From contig JAVZXS010000004.1 in the NCBI GenBank assembly GCA_038886535.1, forward strand, positions 1 through 54,845: 54,845 nt of DNA. The letters run 5' to 3'. The translations under genes and the position numbers were made by a program. The notes beneath the pieces were generated by a model, which saw only the letters and a list, made by a program, of their open reading frames with translations, ran no database searches and had not been told where the DNA came from. Source of the stretch: Candidatus Micrarchaeia archaeon. GTDB lineage: Archaea; Micrarchaeota; Micrarchaeia; CABMEP01. Below are positions 28,325-38,003 of this stretch, piece by piece. Within the stretch, counting starts at the first letter, position 1. The number at the start of each line of letters is the position of its first letter.

Positions 28325-29512
28325 TTAAATGATTCTTGTAAGACCTGCTATTTCAGGATCTCCACCTATCATTGGTGAGAAATGTCTTATAAATCCAAGA
28401 GTGGTAAAAATTGCAAGGATTGGTACTACTATTATTGGTATGTATGACCTCCCTAATGAATCTAACATTCCGATTGAAATTACAGATCCGTTCTCATCAT
28501 ATTTTGTAAACAATAAATCAACATTTCCTAAACCCCCAATCCCACCAGTGAAGAATGAAAGCGGATCATCGGAGGATACAGGTTCTGGAAGATCCACTTC
28601 AAATATTATTGCAGATCTGTCAATCGTGTACCAACTTAAAACATAAACCATTGGAAATATTAAATATAAGCCTATGCCTGCAGCTACAAACAGACCTCCG
28701 AATTTTCTTAAAAACCAAACTGAACGCGAGATTATTCCAAGTATAAAGAACATGCCTGCAAGAGATGAAAGATAAGCTAAAGCAATTTCTTGCATTTTTA
28801 TGGCTGTAATTATTTTCAAATACTCGCTTACTACTGTTGCTAGTATATTGTTATATATAGTTAAACCTGCATTCAACGGAAATCCCATTCCAAACTCAAA
28901 TTTAAATTTGCCCCAGGTAAAATCAACACCAGATCCTACGGATTGAGTGGAATAGAACACTGAAACGAAATAATATTGGGCGATACTCTTTAAAGACCCT
29001 CCATATTTTTCATACAAAGAACCTAGGAAGCCTCTCGCCATATATATGTAACATGGGTATTCGCAAGATGGGTTGGAAGTTTCTACTGTTTTCCACCTGC
29101 CCTCATTTGGTATATATTGCCAGTAACTTATGTTTCCTGAAGCACTTGCAGAAACACTTGAAGATAGAACGTCTTTAGATAAAGAATTTGCAATTTGTTC
29201 AGCTACACCGACAAATGCGGTAAATAAAACAAGAATTGCAATTGATATAATAAGATTCATTGCCTCTTCTCTTGTCCATGCCTCTAACTCACGCATTGCA
29301 AATACTTTAGATATCATAAATGCGATTCCTAATAGTAGTGCAACAATAAGTATAACTAAATATGCGATTAGAATCCAATCAACATCTGTATGAAAACCGA
29401 AAACATCTTGAGCTGCAAATGAAAATGAGACAAATAAAAATAGAATAAACACTACCGTAGCCACCTTTCTATCGCATCTGTTACCTTTGTTATTTATTTT
29501 GTCTAACACCAA
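28325..29512 (-). CDS. CedA/VirB6-like polytopic membrane protein, paralog 3
   Basis: EAWTREEAMNLIIS; LGIISRSVWFLRKFGGLFVAAGIGLYLIFP; ends HFSPMIGGDPEIAGLTRII. Confidence 0.65.
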   Translation of the reverse strand: MVLDKINNKGNRCDRKVATVVFILFLFVSFSFAAQDVFGFHTDVDWILIAYLVILIVALLLGIAFMISKVFAMRELEAWTREEAMNLIISIAILVLFTAFVGVAEQIANSLSKDVLSSSVSASASGNISYWQYIPNEGRWKTVETSNPSCEYPCYIYMARGFLGSLYEKYGGSLKSIAQYYFVSVFYSTQSVGSGVDFTWGKFKFEFGMGFPLNAGLTIYNNILATVVSEYLKIITAIKMQEIALAYLSSLAGMFFILGIISRSVWFLRKFGGLFVAAGIGLYLIFPMVYVLSWYTIDRSAIIFEVDLPEPVSSDDPLSFFTGGIGGLGNVDLLFTKYDENGSVISIGMLDSLGRSYIPIIVVPILAIFTTLGFIRHFSPMIGGDPEIAGLTRII

Positions 29513-29513
29513 T

Positions 29514-30386
29514 TTATCCCCTTAGTTCAATGAAATCATATTTAAATATCTCTGCAAGCGCTCTTGCTGCCCCAATTGTAATAATACTACTTAAAGCAGG
29601 AAAGAATACCGCCTGTGGCAAAAGCAATCCAACATCAGTTAATATAGTTTGAATTTCATTAGCAGAGACACAATCATTTGCATCTGTATCAATCGGAGAT
29701 AATGAAATCCCTTCAGTTGCCTTTTGCGCGAAAACATAGGTTAAAGGCAAGATAATATAAAATGCAAAGGCAATGGCAATAACATATGAAGATGCGTCTT
29801 TAAATCCTGGAATCAAGCGAAGAATTATTCCGATAGGAAGTAGATAAGTGAATGCTATCTGGCTTATAAAAATTAAAGCATACTGCTGAATCAAAAGACT
29901 GGCAACGAATGGAGATAACATAAATGAAAAATTCTCATACACTGATGCAACATTATCACAACCTGCCTTTGGCGAATACATAAAATTGGCAAATGCGTCA
30001 TAATACGCTGTTTCTATCCTTATATTCTTTGCTTTCTCATACAAGGAATTTATAATACTGCTTAATTTTGAATTGATTGTGTTAAGGTAGTTAATTGAAG
30101 ATGTGAATGGACTCTCATCTTTAGTTATTGAACATGATAATGAACACGTAATGTTGGCAACTATTGCGATTAATCCGATCCAAATAACTGCAACTGACAG
30201 GTGGTATAATTCTAATCTTATCATTGCCTCCCAATCGCGTCTATTTAGAAATCTAGATATCATAAAGCCTATAGATATTCCAAGCAGAACTATGAATATT
30301 ATCATACCAGCTAAAGGAAGCCAGTTTGAATACTCTGATGATAATGTGCATGTGCTTAAACATGTTGGTATATCGCTAAATCCCAT
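29514..30386 (-). CDS. CedA/VirB6-like polytopic membrane protein, paralog 2
   Basis: EAMIRLELYHLSVA; LPIGIILRLIPGFKDASSYVIAIAFAFYIILP. Confidence 0.62.
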   Translation of the reverse strand: MGFSDIPTCLSTCTLSSEYSNWLPLAGMIIFIVLLGISIGFMISRFLNRRDWEAMIRLELYHLSVAVIWIGLIAIVANITCSLSCSITKDESPFTSSINYLNTINSKLSSIINSLYEKAKNIRIETAYYDAFANFMYSPKAGCDNVASVYENFSFMLSPFVASLLIQQYALIFISQIAFTYLLPIGIILRLIPGFKDASSYVIAIAFAFYIILPLTYVFAQKATEGISLSPIDTDANDCVSANEIQTILTDVGLLLPQAVFFPALSSIITIGAARALAEIFKYDFIELRG

Positions 30387-30409
30387 GGTCTAACGCTCCT
30401 TGTATTATT

Positions 30410-32038
30410 TCATATAAGTTCTGAAACTCCTAGTATTTGAACTTCCCCTCCAATAGCTGGAGAAATTGACCTTATACCAGTTATGACTGTAAATATGATT
30501 ATAAACGGAATAAGCAATACTGGAACTGCATCTTGCATTACATATGGAGTGTATGCAAGCGCGATGTTTGTTAACTTGATTGCTAGGTATTGATTCATGT
30601 TTGCATATAGAGAAGCTGTCAAAACCGATACTTCATACTGCCCAAAGTTCATTAATTGCTGCAGAACTGGCATAATGTAATTTATAGTTATCACATTTGA
30701 TGGAATTAAATGGAATATAAATGTGGATGCAACACCTGCAATACCTAGACTTACAATAGTTGCACTCGCTGAAGCTAATTGATCAGAGATTGGTACATCA
30801 AGAATCATGCTTAAAGAAGCAACTCTCAAAACAGAAAGAACGTTTTGTATTGTATTTATATTATCTAACCCGCTTCCCACGTCAGACATGCCACCAAGCA
30901 TAGAGCATATCATTGTAAATACTGGAGCACAAGCTGGAGCAGCTATCCCACATATCGAAGAAAGAGAAACTGCTCCGGTTGCACAACTTGGCAGTAGTGA
31001 TTTATCTCCATTACTTAAAATTGCATATTGGGCAATTGCTAACTGTGAAAGCAAATCTAAAGCTTCATAAGCAAACACCTCTGTTGTAAATCGATCTATA
31101 TTTGAATTTCCTGAAGGTCTACTTATCGCAGGAATTGAAGAATTCGGCTTAAATGCAGAATCATACATTGTTTGAGCAATTATTATGGAAAGCGGAACAA
31201 AAAGGTAGAGCCCCACCCCAAATGCAATTATGGTTCTTCCCATTTTTCTTGTGAATGCAAATATGCTCAAAAACAATCCAAATGGAATTAAAAATGGAAT
31301 TGCAATACTATTTATAAAATTCAATAAGATATGAGAAAATATAGAAATTGCTAAAGAAGTTAAAGTTATAGATTGAACTAAGTTAAAATGACCATTAAAA
31401 ACATCTGCAGCATAAAATGTTAAGTAATTCATTTTAAAAGATTTAATAGCTACCATCCAGATTCTATTTGGTGTCTCTGAAGACTGCACTGGTTTACCAT
31501 CGTTGCCTCCTGTAGCTTGAGTACCACTTCCTTGATTTATCTGACCGCTTTTATCCGATGTGGAAGATGTTGCTCCTAAATATTGGACTGGTGGACCTGA
31601 AAGCATACCTACTGCTGCACCTAGCTTAACAGAATCAATATATCTATCCATCAGCCTTTCTGAAATCCTATTTGTGAAATCAAGTGAAAGATCTGTTGGT
31701 TTCATTCCTAAGGTCGCAATGAATAGATTGTCAATTACTCCCAATGTTATTAGTATTATTAAAACTAAGAATGCACTCCCAGTTACCTCAAACAATTCTG
31801 CTCTTGCCCATGTTTCCATCTGTGGAAGTTGGAAGGTTCTTGCTAACATGAATGCAAGTCCAGTTATTCCAAATCCTATCCCAATCGCAACTGCAAACAA
31901 AGGAAACCAATTAGGAACATACTGCTGCCATGTCTGTTGGCTTTGTGTTTGCGTTTGAGCACAAGCAAAAATAATTAAGCTAAACAGAATGAATAATGAA
32001 TAAGTAAACTTTATATCTAATTTATTAGATTTCTTCAT
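30410..32038 (-). CDS. CedA/VirB6-like polytopic membrane protein, paralog 1 (longest, first in operon)
   Basis: ETWARAELFEVTGSA; IPFGLFLSIFAFTRKMGRTIIAFGVGLYLFVP; ends SISPAIGGEVQILGVSELI. Confidence 0.62.
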   Translation of the reverse strand: MKKSNKLDIKFTYSLFILFSLIIFACAQTQTQSQQTWQQYVPNWFPLFAVAIGIGFGITGLAFMLARTFQLPQMETWARAELFEVTGSAFLVLIILITLGVIDNLFIATLGMKPTDLSLDFTNRISERLMDRYIDSVKLGAAVGMLSGPPVQYLGATSSTSDKSGQINQGSGTQATGGNDGKPVQSSETPNRIWMVAIKSFKMNYLTFYAADVFNGHFNLVQSITLTSLAISIFSHILLNFINSIAIPFLIPFGLFLSIFAFTRKMGRTIIAFGVGLYLFVPLSIIIAQTMYDSAFKPNSSIPAISRPSGNSNIDRFTTEVFAYEALDLLSQLAIAQYAILSNGDKSLLPSCATGAVSLSSICGIAAPACAPVFTMICSMLGGMSDVGSGLDNINTIQNVLSVLRVASLSMILDVPISDQLASASATIVSLGIAGVASTFIFHLIPSNVITINYIMPVLQQLMNFGQYEVSVLTASLYANMNQYLAIKLTNIALAYTPYVMQDAVPVLLIPFIIIFTVITGIRSISPAIGGEVQILGVSELI

Positions 32039-32086
32039 TGATATTATATTAATAAAAAGATTTAAAATTCAAACTTATATAATGTA
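32039..32086. promoter_or_regulatory. Very short AT-rich divergent promoter region
   Basis: 48 nt between head-to-head genes, containing TTTAAAA and TTATATAA TATA-like words. Confidence 0.45.
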
Positions 32087-35000
32087 TTGATACAAATGAA
32101 AGTATCTGGATTAGTTATTATACTTGTCCTCTTTGCAATCCCTCTAGTTTTCACAGTTAATATCTGTCCTGTAGATAAAAATCCAACTGAAATTATAATT
32201 CAGCATTCAAGGCACCCGATAAATATACCTGTAGGTATAACTGATAATACAATTGATGTTAATATACAGCTTAATGCAATTGATAGGAAAACACAAAATA
32301 GAATACCTCTTGCAAACAAAAATATAACTATAGAATTAGTAATAGGAAGTAAATTTGTAACAAAAAATGCAGCAGGTGAGTTTGTCCTTTCAGATGAATC
32401 AGCACCTTTTGTAGTAAATACAAATGAAAACGGGAGTGTTTCTTTTACAATATATACTCAACCACCCTTATTAGAAAACTCGACAGATCCTAGAAAGATC
32501 TCATATTCAATAACCGCTACATTTACACCGAAACCGAAAGAACCATTTATGGGAAGCGCGAAAACAGAAAGATATGTACCCGGAGTATTTCCGTTAATAA
32601 GTTTGACTGCTTGTGCCCCTCTTTTCATAATATTTGCACTCCTTGTTGCTGCAATGTTTGCATCTGGAAAGAATCCGTTTGGTCTATTTGACTTTTCAAG
32701 AGTTGCATTTAAAGCACCAGGAATCTCTGGAGGTAGAGTCACTACAAGGCAAAGAACTACATTATTAGGTACTGCTGTGGGTGCAGCACAGAGTGCATTA
32801 AAATCTGCTACCTCAACCGGTGCATACAAACTTGCAAAGTTCCTCACTCCCTCAATTGAAGAAGAAAAAAAGGCAAAAGGAACCTTTGGAATATTGCAAA
32901 AGATATCCTCTATACCTGGAAAAGTATTAATGAGTACTACTTCCAGAAGATTGAATAAAGAAGAATTAGAAAAATTAAAGAAAGCGGAACAAGCTGCAAA
33001 AGGAAAACTAACTACACAAGAAATGGAAGATGTATTGGGTGGAAATAGAAGAATTGTTAAAGGAGTTTTTGGTGAAATAAGAGTTGTTACTGCATCAGAT
33101 AAAGTATCAAGTTCATCATTATTAGATTTATTCAGACAAACGTTCTTTCTCTCATTAGGCAGAATGGGTGTAAGACCTTGGAGTTTATCTTATGCTTCGA
33201 TACCTGAGATCAGAAGACCATCAAAAGAGATATACACTAAAGAAGAGCAAGAAGAGATAAAGAATAAAGTAAATTCAACATATGGATATAGTTTTAGTTT
33301 AGAAAAGGGAGATATAGATGTGTATGGATTGACTGAGAAGGGAAAGATGAAAATATTGAATGCGATAGCTAAAGATGAAGTTGCAAATTTAGAAACGTTA
33401 AGAAATGTAATAGAGGCATTAAAAAGAGGGGCAATAGTAAAGCCTGCAGAATTACAAGATATTAGAACATATCTAGATAGTAGAATCCAAAGAATTGAGG
33501 AACAACTAAAATCTGTTTACTTAAGTGATGAACAAAAATCTAGACTTATAAAAGAAAAATCTGATTTAAGTGTAGAAGATACAAATAAATTAATAAGAAA
33601 CTTAGAAAGGATTCTTAAAGAAGATACTGAAAGGCTGCTTAATAGAATTAGTAGCAATGGAGCATTAATAGGTTTTGACAAAGAATCTTTGATAATAGCA
33701 AGAAAAATCAATGCGAAAAAATACTATAGTAACTATGGAGTTGATGAATTTAAGTCCAAATTGAGAGACGTGAAAGAATTGGCTGATGCTTATGGAATTA
33801 ATGTTCAACGAATTTATGAAGCATATGAAAGCGGTGATCCAAGTAAGATTAATACTGTTCTAAAAGAGAACCTAGAATTAATTAAAGACGATTCTAATAA
33901 AATAGCTGCATTTAATTATATTATAAAAGACATACAAATAGGAACTATCCATAGATTTTTAGACCAATTAGAATTGACTGATGAAAAAGGAAGAAAGATA
34001 ACTAATCCCAATGAAAAAATAATTGCCTTTTCTAATATGAATTATGAGTTGCCAGAGAATAAAGAGAAACTCACTAAAAACATAATAGATACATTAGATC
34101 TTGAAAAGAAACTTTACTCAAAAGGATTAGAAAAAGCCGTAAAGATAGTTAATGGAGAGAAAGCGAATGTTACACCAGAAACAGTATTATTTACTGTTTT
34201 AAAGGGTGAAGAAATAATAAATAACAAAATAAAAAACCTTCAAAAAGAACTAGAAGAACTCAATATAAAATATAGAAATCCAACAATTGGTACCCCAGGT
34301 TATGACGAAGTTAAATCTAAAGAAAAGCAGATTGAAGCTGCAAAATTTGAATTAGAAAACGTAAGAAAAGGAACAGAATTCATTAGAAAAGAAAGAGATA
34401 ATCTTTTATTACTGAAAGATATATATGAAAATGCTAAAGATATTCCTTCATTGTCTGCTGTCAGTTCTTTGACTGTAGATTCTGCAATGATAATGAAAAA
34501 AGCACTTGAGGCAGCAGAAATAAAATCTGCTGCAGAAACCACCAGTAGTATAAATTCCGGAAATGGATACACTCGTTATAAACTTGATGAAGCACAAAAA
34601 GACCTAAATAAAGCACTTGAACTCTTATCACCACCATATAAATTAAATGAAAGTGAAATTAAGTTACGAGAAGGCTTAAGTAAAGTAAAAGAAGATTTCG
34701 AAAAATATAATTCTGAAATCTACATTCCCAAAGATAATAATCAAACATTCGCAGTAGCGGGAAAATTAGATTCATTGAATAAGCAAATTAAGGAAGAAAT
34801 ACAAAAACTAGAAACTTCATATAAATCTAAGGAAGTGCATTCACCTGAAGAAAGAACTAGATACAATGAGCTCTTGAAACAGCTTAATAATTTAAATACA
34901 AACATAACTGCAGGTAAAGAGAGAACAGAAGAAGAGATAAAGAAACACATACAAACTAACAGATATAACCCATTCGCAAGTTTAATAGATGAAATTGAAT

Positions 35001-35215
35001 ATAAACACTTTAGTGAAGATGGAATTAAGCCAGAAATATTAGAGAAAAAACTCAACGAAAATAAGATTTTTGGAACTGGAACTATAATCTACATTTATTC
35101 CGGCAAAAAAGAGTATGAGAAGAACATGGAAGAAGAAAAAAGAAAGTGGATTGAAGCTTTTTATAGTGGAGTATCAAAAGGCAAATTTACTGATATTAAA
35201 GTCAAAAATAAATAA
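32087..35215 (+). CDS. Large single-pass membrane protein: signal peptide, Ig-like ectodomain, TM, long coiled-coil-rich region
   Basis: N-terminal hydrophobic leader; beta-rich PLANKNITIEL..TNENGSVSF..YSITATF; TM PLFIIFALLVAAMFA followed by GKNPFGLFDF; ~800 aa K/E/L-rich helical region. Confidence 0.7.
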   Translation: MIQMKVSGLVIILVLFAIPLVFTVNICPVDKNPTEIIIQHSRHPINIPVGITDNTIDVNIQLNAIDRKTQNRIPLANKNITIELVIGSKFVTKNAAGEFVLSDESAPFVVNTNENGSVSFTIYTQPPLLENSTDPRKISYSITATFTPKPKEPFMGSAKTERYVPGVFPLISLTACAPLFIIFALLVAAMFASGKNPFGLFDFSRVAFKAPGISGGRVTTRQRTTLLGTAVGAAQSALKSATSTGAYKLAKFLTPSIEEEKKAKGTFGILQKISSIPGKVLMSTTSRRLNKEELEKLKKAEQAAKGKLTTQEMEDVLGGNRRIVKGVFGEIRVVTASDKVSSSSLLDLFRQTFFLSLGRMGVRPWSLSYASIPEIRRPSKEIYTKEEQEEIKNKVNSTYGYSFSLEKGDIDVYGLTEKGKMKILNAIAKDEVANLETLRNVIEALKRGAIVKPAELQDIRTYLDSRIQRIEEQLKSVYLSDEQKSRLIKEKSDLSVEDTNKLIRNLERILKEDTERLLNRISSNGALIGFDKESLIIARKINAKKYYSNYGVDEFKSKLRDVKELADAYGINVQRIYEAYESGDPSKINTVLKENLELIKDDSNKIAAFNYIIKDIQIGTIHRFLDQLELTDEKGRKITNPNEKIIAFSNMNYELPENKEKLTKNIIDTLDLEKKLYSKGLEKAVKIVNGEKANVTPETVLFTVLKGEEIINNKIKNLQKELEELNIKYRNPTIGTPGYDEVKSKEKQIEAAKFELENVRKGTEFIRKERDNLLLLKDIYENAKDIPSLSAVSSLTVDSAMIMKKALEAAEIKSAAETTSSINSGNGYTRYKLDEAQKDLNKALELLSPPYKLNESEIKLREGLSKVKEDFEKYNSEIYIPKDNNQTFAVAGKLDSLNKQIKEEIQKLETSYKSKEVHSPEERTRYNELLKQLNNLNTNITAGKERTEEEIKKHIQTNRYNPFASLIDEIEYKHFSEDGIKPEILEKKLNENKIFGTGTIIYIYSGKKEYEKNMEEEKRKWIEAFYSGVSKGKFTDIKVKNK

Positions 35216-35290
35216 TTTATAGAAATCACACATCCATAAAATTAATAAATAAATTATACTATATGATTATATATAAACTGAGGTGGAGAG

Positions 35291-36148
35291 ATGTCGAATG
35301 AAAAGAAAATTAAGGAGATAAAAACTGAAAAAAAGTTCGATTTCAAAAAACGAATTGGAAAACTATTAGCAGAAGGGATTTTAGCTTTAGGTTTATCTGT
35401 AACACCAACCCAAACAAATGCATTCTATAGTATTTATCCATTTACAAACTATGAAAAGATAGAAAAAAGCTTAGAGAGTGTTTGTAGTAAAGGAGATTTA
35501 AAGAAGATAAAATATTATTACTATCTTTATGGCAATTCATTTATAAAGAATTCTGGAGACATAATAATAGAGATTGATGAAAGTATAACTGAATTGGAAA
35601 GGATATATGAAGAGACTAAAAATAAAGCTGTGTTTTTTGTTTTAGAAAAACTGAAAATGAAAAAAGCAGATGCTTTGACAATAATTAATGATGTCGAAGA
35701 AAAAGAATCAATATTAACAGAAACTGATAAGGAAATAAAAGAACTCCTAAAAGACGATCCTTATAATGTTAATTTATTAGAGTTATACCATGATAATGTT
35801 ATATTAAGAATTGAACTTTATTCTGGAGGTTCATTTAATTGGGAAGGAGAGGTAAACATCGATTATCATAAAGCTCGATATGAGGGCTCATTAGAAATTA
35901 AAGATAGAAAGGAAAAGTTTTACAAAACATTAGAGGAATATAAAAAACTACATGAGCTGTTCTTATATCTTAATGATAATTTTAGCAAAAATAAGGATAA
36001 GATAACATCTTATTTTGATCTAACGAATAAAGAAAAAAAAAGAATAATAGAATCAATTAATGTAAAATTGGAAGAGGAAATTAAACTACTTAATACGAAT
36101 ATAAGAACTTTTGAAGAAAGACTAAATGGATTGAGAGGATTTCCTTAA
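35291..36148 (+). CDS. Hypothetical exported helical protein; probable paralog of 87..905
   Basis: Charged N-terminus plus KLLAEGILALGLSVTPTQTNA signal-like segment; shares YEETK with 87..905; GAGGTGG RBS. Confidence 0.6.
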   Translation: MSNEKKIKEIKTEKKFDFKKRIGKLLAEGILALGLSVTPTQTNAFYSIYPFTNYEKIEKSLESVCSKGDLKKIKYYYYLYGNSFIKNSGDIIIEIDESITELERIYEETKNKAVFFVLEKLKMKKADALTIINDVEEKESILTETDKEIKELLKDDPYNVNLLELYHDNVILRIELYSGGSFNWEGEVNIDYHKARYEGSLEIKDRKEKFYKTLEEYKKLHELFLYLNDNFSKNKDKITSYFDLTNKEKKRIIESINVKLEEEIKLLNTNIRTFEERLNGLRGFP

Positions 36149-36231
36149 TTAATAATTATCGTTTCTTTTGCTGAGAGTTTTGACAAAGGAAAAGTAACTA
36201 AAGATATTAAAAAATAAAAACAAATTATAAA

Positions 36232-36510
36232 TCATCTCTTCTTCTGTGCTTTTTGAAGAATTGCCATTGCATTTCTGATTGCTAATTTTACTTCTTTTTC
36301 TGTCTTACAACCAGTACAAATTATCTTTCCATTCTTGAAGAGAAGTAATGACGATTTTGGTTCTCTAAGCTTAAGGATGGCTCCTGGAAATTGCTCAGGC
36401 TCATATTCGATATTTGGAACTTTCCTTCCAAGAGAATAAAGATCCAATTCAATTCCTAAGTTTGCAGATGCTACAATATTTTCAATCTTAAATTTAACAT
36501 CTTTCACCAT
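36232..36510 (-). CDS. tbp: Single-repeat (half-size) TATA-box binding protein homolog
   Basis: KIENIVASANLG..LDL..EYEPEQFPGAILKLREPKSSLLLFKNGKIICTG, then a stop and a T-rich tract; only one TBP repeat (92 aa from the ATG at 36510). Confidence 0.88.
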   Translation of the reverse strand: MVKDVKFKIENIVASANLGIELDLYSLGRKVPNIEYEPEQFPGAILKLREPKSSLLLFKNGKIICTGCKTEKEVKLAIRNAMAILQKAQKKR

Positions 36511-36743
36511 TAAAAACACCCTTTAAAACCCAAATGGGGCTCAACATTTTTAAATGCTTTAAAAATATATACCTCGGAAGGTATTTAAACCTATTTAAAA
36601 AAGTAATAATGGTCATATAAAACTATAGTTTTTGGGATATGGCACATTTTTAAACTTATCCCACTATATTATATTTATTAATTCACACCTTTTGTTTAGG
36701 TAGAGTTAATTGTAACAATTTTTAAGTCAATAGAAGTGATAAT

Positions 36744-37028
36744 ATGGTTAAAGCATCTAAAGGAAGAATGAGCAGGAAAAGCAGAGTGCTTGGAAGAAAA
36801 TCGACTAAAAGAAAAGTTACTGTAGTTGATCAATTAAAAACTATTGAGATAGGAAAAAAGGTACAATTAGTTCCAAATGTTAAGTTCGAAGACTTCCCTC
36901 ATCCAAGATATGCTGGTCGTGTTGGTATAGTTAAAGGAAAACAAGGAAACGCTTATGTAGTAGAAGTAGAAGATGGAGGAGTTAAAAAGAAATTTATAGT
37001 CTCAGCTGTCCACCTAAGAGAATGTTGA
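36744..37028 (+). CDS. rpl21e: Ribosomal protein L21e
   Basis: SKGRMSRKSR, PHPRYAGRVG, KKFIVSAVHL. Confidence 0.95.
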   Translation: MVKASKGRMSRKSRVLGRKSTKRKVTVVDQLKTIEIGKKVQLVPNVKFEDFPHPRYAGRVGIVKGKQGNAYVVEVEDGGVKKKFIVSAVHLREC

Positions 37029-37038
37029 TCTGTAAAAA

Positions 37039-37389
37039 GTGATTGGAATGATAGGTAAAAAAATCCTCGATGTTAAAGAAGTAACGCTTGCTGAAGTAAA
37101 AGAAATACTAGAAATGCCTAGTGAAATAGAAATGGGATTTGAACAGGCAAAGACTTTAGAATATGCAAAAAAAATGACCAAATTAAGCAAAGAAAAGGCA
37201 GAAGAAATGATAAATGAATTAATGAGCGAAGTTACAAAACTAAATAGGGCAAAGGCAGTTAAGATTGTAGATTTAATGCCGAAGAAAAAGGAAGAAATAG
37301 ACCAAATATTCTCAAAGGAAACTTATTCTTTAACGGAAGACGAAGTTAATAAGATATTAGAAATAGTTTCAAAATACCAGAAACAATAG
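37039..37389 (+). CDS. rpoF: RNA polymerase subunit Rpo4 (RpoF)
   Basis: MIGKKIL..VTLAEVKEIL..EQAKTLEYAKK..AVKIVDLMP; conserved position after rpl21e. Confidence 0.92.
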   Translation: MIGMIGKKILDVKEVTLAEVKEILEMPSEIEMGFEQAKTLEYAKKMTKLSKEKAEEMINELMSEVTKLNRAKAVKIVDLMPKKKEEIDQIFSKETYSLTEDEVNKILEIVSKYQKQ

Positions 37390-37402
37390 CTGGTGATTTT
37401 TT

Positions 37403-37975
37403 ATGGAAGACTATGGAATTGTAATAGACTATTTACCACTAGGTAAACCAACGGATATCAAAAGAGAACCGGTTGCCTACCTAGTTGGTGAAAGGTTCTT
37501 TACGCTTCTAGAAGTTATAATAAAAAGAAACGTCTCAATTCAGCTCCATAGTAAGCTATATGTAGGAAAAGATTTGAATCAAAGAAAGGAAGTAGAAAGA
37601 ATAAAAGGAAGAGTTGAGTACTCTGAACTTACTGGGGCTGCTAAAAATGAACTGAAAACTGCAATAAAAACAATAGTTAAAAATAGAGAGAGCGATTTTA
37701 TAAATTTTATAAATAAGTGCGGACCGGTAACAATAAGACTACATCAGCTGGAACTTCTTCCAGGTATCGGAAAAAAACATCTTGAAGATATACTCAGAGA
37801 AAGAGAAATCAAACCTTTTGAAAGTTTTGATGATCTTACAAAAAGAGTGCCACATCTACTTAATCCAGTAGAAATGATAGCTGAAAGAATAATAAATGAA
37901 ATGAGTGGTAAGGAAAGGTATTATTTATTCATTAAGCCACCAATGCCGACAACAAGTGGTTTTAGAAGACACTAA
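37403..37975 (+). CDS. DUF655 putative RNA-binding protein
   Basis: IDYLPLGK, GERFFTLLE, RLHQLELLPGIGKK, KPFESFDDL; canonical neighbour of rpo4/ksgA. Confidence 0.92.
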   Translation: MEDYGIVIDYLPLGKPTDIKREPVAYLVGERFFTLLEVIIKRNVSIQLHSKLYVGKDLNQRKEVERIKGRVEYSELTGAAKNELKTAIKTIVKNRESDFINFINKCGPVTIRLHQLELLPGIGKKHLEDILREREIKPFESFDDLTKRVPHLLNPVEMIAERIINEMSGKERYYLFIKPPMPTTSGFRRH

Positions 37976-38003
37976 GAAGATAAAAAAATTATCAAGTGAT
38001 TTT

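Noticed and set aside
24764..32038. Conjugative element or ABC transporter interpretation of the membrane array
   Set aside because: No Walker A/B ATPase, relaxase, integrase or EAA permease motif in or near the array.
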